DNA of 54,968 bases from Parcubacteria group bacterium Gr01-1014_17 (GTDB taxonomy: Bacteria; Patescibacteriota; Minisyncoccia; Phycocordibacterales; UBA10002): NCBI GenBank assembly GCA_007376285.1, contig VMFZ01000007.1, positions 1-54,968 on the forward strand. Reading direction: 5' to 3'. Positions 54,116-54,968 of this stretch are shown here, piece by piece. Positions within the stretch are counted from its first letter, which is position 1, and the number at the start of each line of letters is the position of its first letter. The notes beneath the pieces are model-generated. The model saw only the letters and a program-made list of their open reading frames with translations. It was not told where the DNA came from and did no database searches. Made by a program: the position numbers and the translations under genes.

Positions 54116-54968
54116 TTAAGGACTCTCTATTTCTGATGTGAGTTGCTTAATTACCACCGAAATCTTTTTGGCGTTATCGGGAAATGTTTTCTTCCAGAAA
54201 GGGCGTATAATCACTTGAGAGCGTTCAATTGCCGGGTACGAGGCGAGCACCGAAACGGTCTCGCTTTTCAGTTTTCCGGACAGGTCTTGTTTCAAGCGTT
54301 CTTCGTCTAACTTCCAAACAACCGTACCGGAACCGCGAAGCCCAAAAAGCACTCTCCCATCAGCATTTTTTCCAAAATCCGATTTATTCAGAAATTCAAA
54401 CGATAATCCTTCCAGTGTCTCAAACACAACCGGCGCATTGTCGTAACGCAAGAGCGCGCGGCGCGCAATATAAGATGCGAGCGCATCGCGTTTAAATACA
54501 AACGCTGTTAATGTTCCCCGTTCCGTTACCGAGACCTTCTTATCCTGTGTTTCCTGCTCCGGCTCCGAGGTTACTTTAAACGAATATCCGTTTGGTAACA
54601 TAATAGAATCAGATGGAACTTTTTCCGCTGCCCCAGAAGCGAGCTTTGCTTCCAATGCTTTGCGGAGCGTTGCGCGCGCGGCGCTTACCTTTTCCGGAGA
54701 GACAAACGGCGCCACTCCTACAAAGCCGCCGTTCATAGCCGTTTTAGAGCGCGCATAAAATCCGGCATACCGCTCGGCACTGCTTTTGAATCCAGGCACC
54801 GTAAAATCAGACAAGCCGATATTGTAGTCCGCTCCGGCGCGGTCAGCGTACACGCTCGTCTCAATGCTACCCGGAAGCGTCTTACCGCCCGACACGGTTT
54901 TGCCCGGCACGATGATTGATTCCGGAATTCGGAAAATCAAGCCATTCAGAGTTTCAAAGCGCGTATTT
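54116..54968 (-). CDS. Hypothetical CPR protein (baseplate-J-like, tentative), 5'-truncated by the window edge
   Basis: Long open frame with GADYNIGLSDFTVPG and IRPFWKKTFP. Family assignment is from memory only. Confidence 0.6.
   Translation of the reverse strand, partial: NTRFETLNGLIFRIPESIIVPGKTVSGGKTLPGSIETSVYADRAGADYNIGLSDFTVPGFKSSAERYAGFYARSKTAMNGGFVGVAPFVSPEKVSAARATLRKALEAKLASGAAEKVPSDSIMLPNGYSFKVTSEPEQETQDKKVSVTERGTLTAFVFKRDALASYIARRALLRYDNAPVVFETLEGLSFEFLNKSDFGKNADGRVLFGLRGSGTVVWKLDEERLKQDLSGKLKSETVSVLASYPAIERSQVIIRPFWKKTFPDNAKKISVVIKQLTSEIESP

Noticed and set aside
1-54968. Recoded TGA (genetic code 25)
   Set aside because: TGA ends leuS, rnc and infA at the expected C-termini, and core genes have no internal TGA.
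54116-54968. Baseplate-like gene as evidence of a prophage or contractile system
   Set aside because: It is truncated, has no phage neighbours in the window, and the family call is only tentative.

Overview
Chromosomal segment of a reduced bacterial genome, most consistent with Patescibacteria/CPR (Parcubacteria-like; inference from gene content and streamlined proteins). It uses genetic code 11, since TGA ends leuS and rnc at the expected places. The backbone is housekeeping: ychF, leuS, mltG, gyrB, dnaE, rpmF-nusB-rnc, a XerC/D recombinase, gltX-murG-ftsW, mraY-dac-scpB-scpA-aspS, trpS, an M20 peptidase, tRNA-Arg(CCG), grpE/dnaK/dnaJ and the infA-rpmJ-rpsM-rpsK-rpsD-rpoA-rplQ-rplM-rpsI cluster. 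Accessory features: (1) an orphan Pup-ligase/Dop (PafA-family) gene divergent from a homospermidine synthase operon that also encodes two proteins sharing a prepilin-like N-terminus; (2) several families of short palindromic repeats, intergenic, nested and inserted in frame in LeuRS, GluRS, YchF, DnaJ, PlsC and a P-type ATPase; (3) compact promoter-small ORF-terminator cassettes between core genes; (4) a -10-like box exactly 6 nt before the ATG of at least ten genes, suggesting leaderless mRNAs; (5) three toxin-antitoxin modules, one with a broken toxin; (6) streamlined or fused enzymes. No CRISPR array, rRNA or transposase was seen. All calls come from motif recognition by eye; no database search was run.
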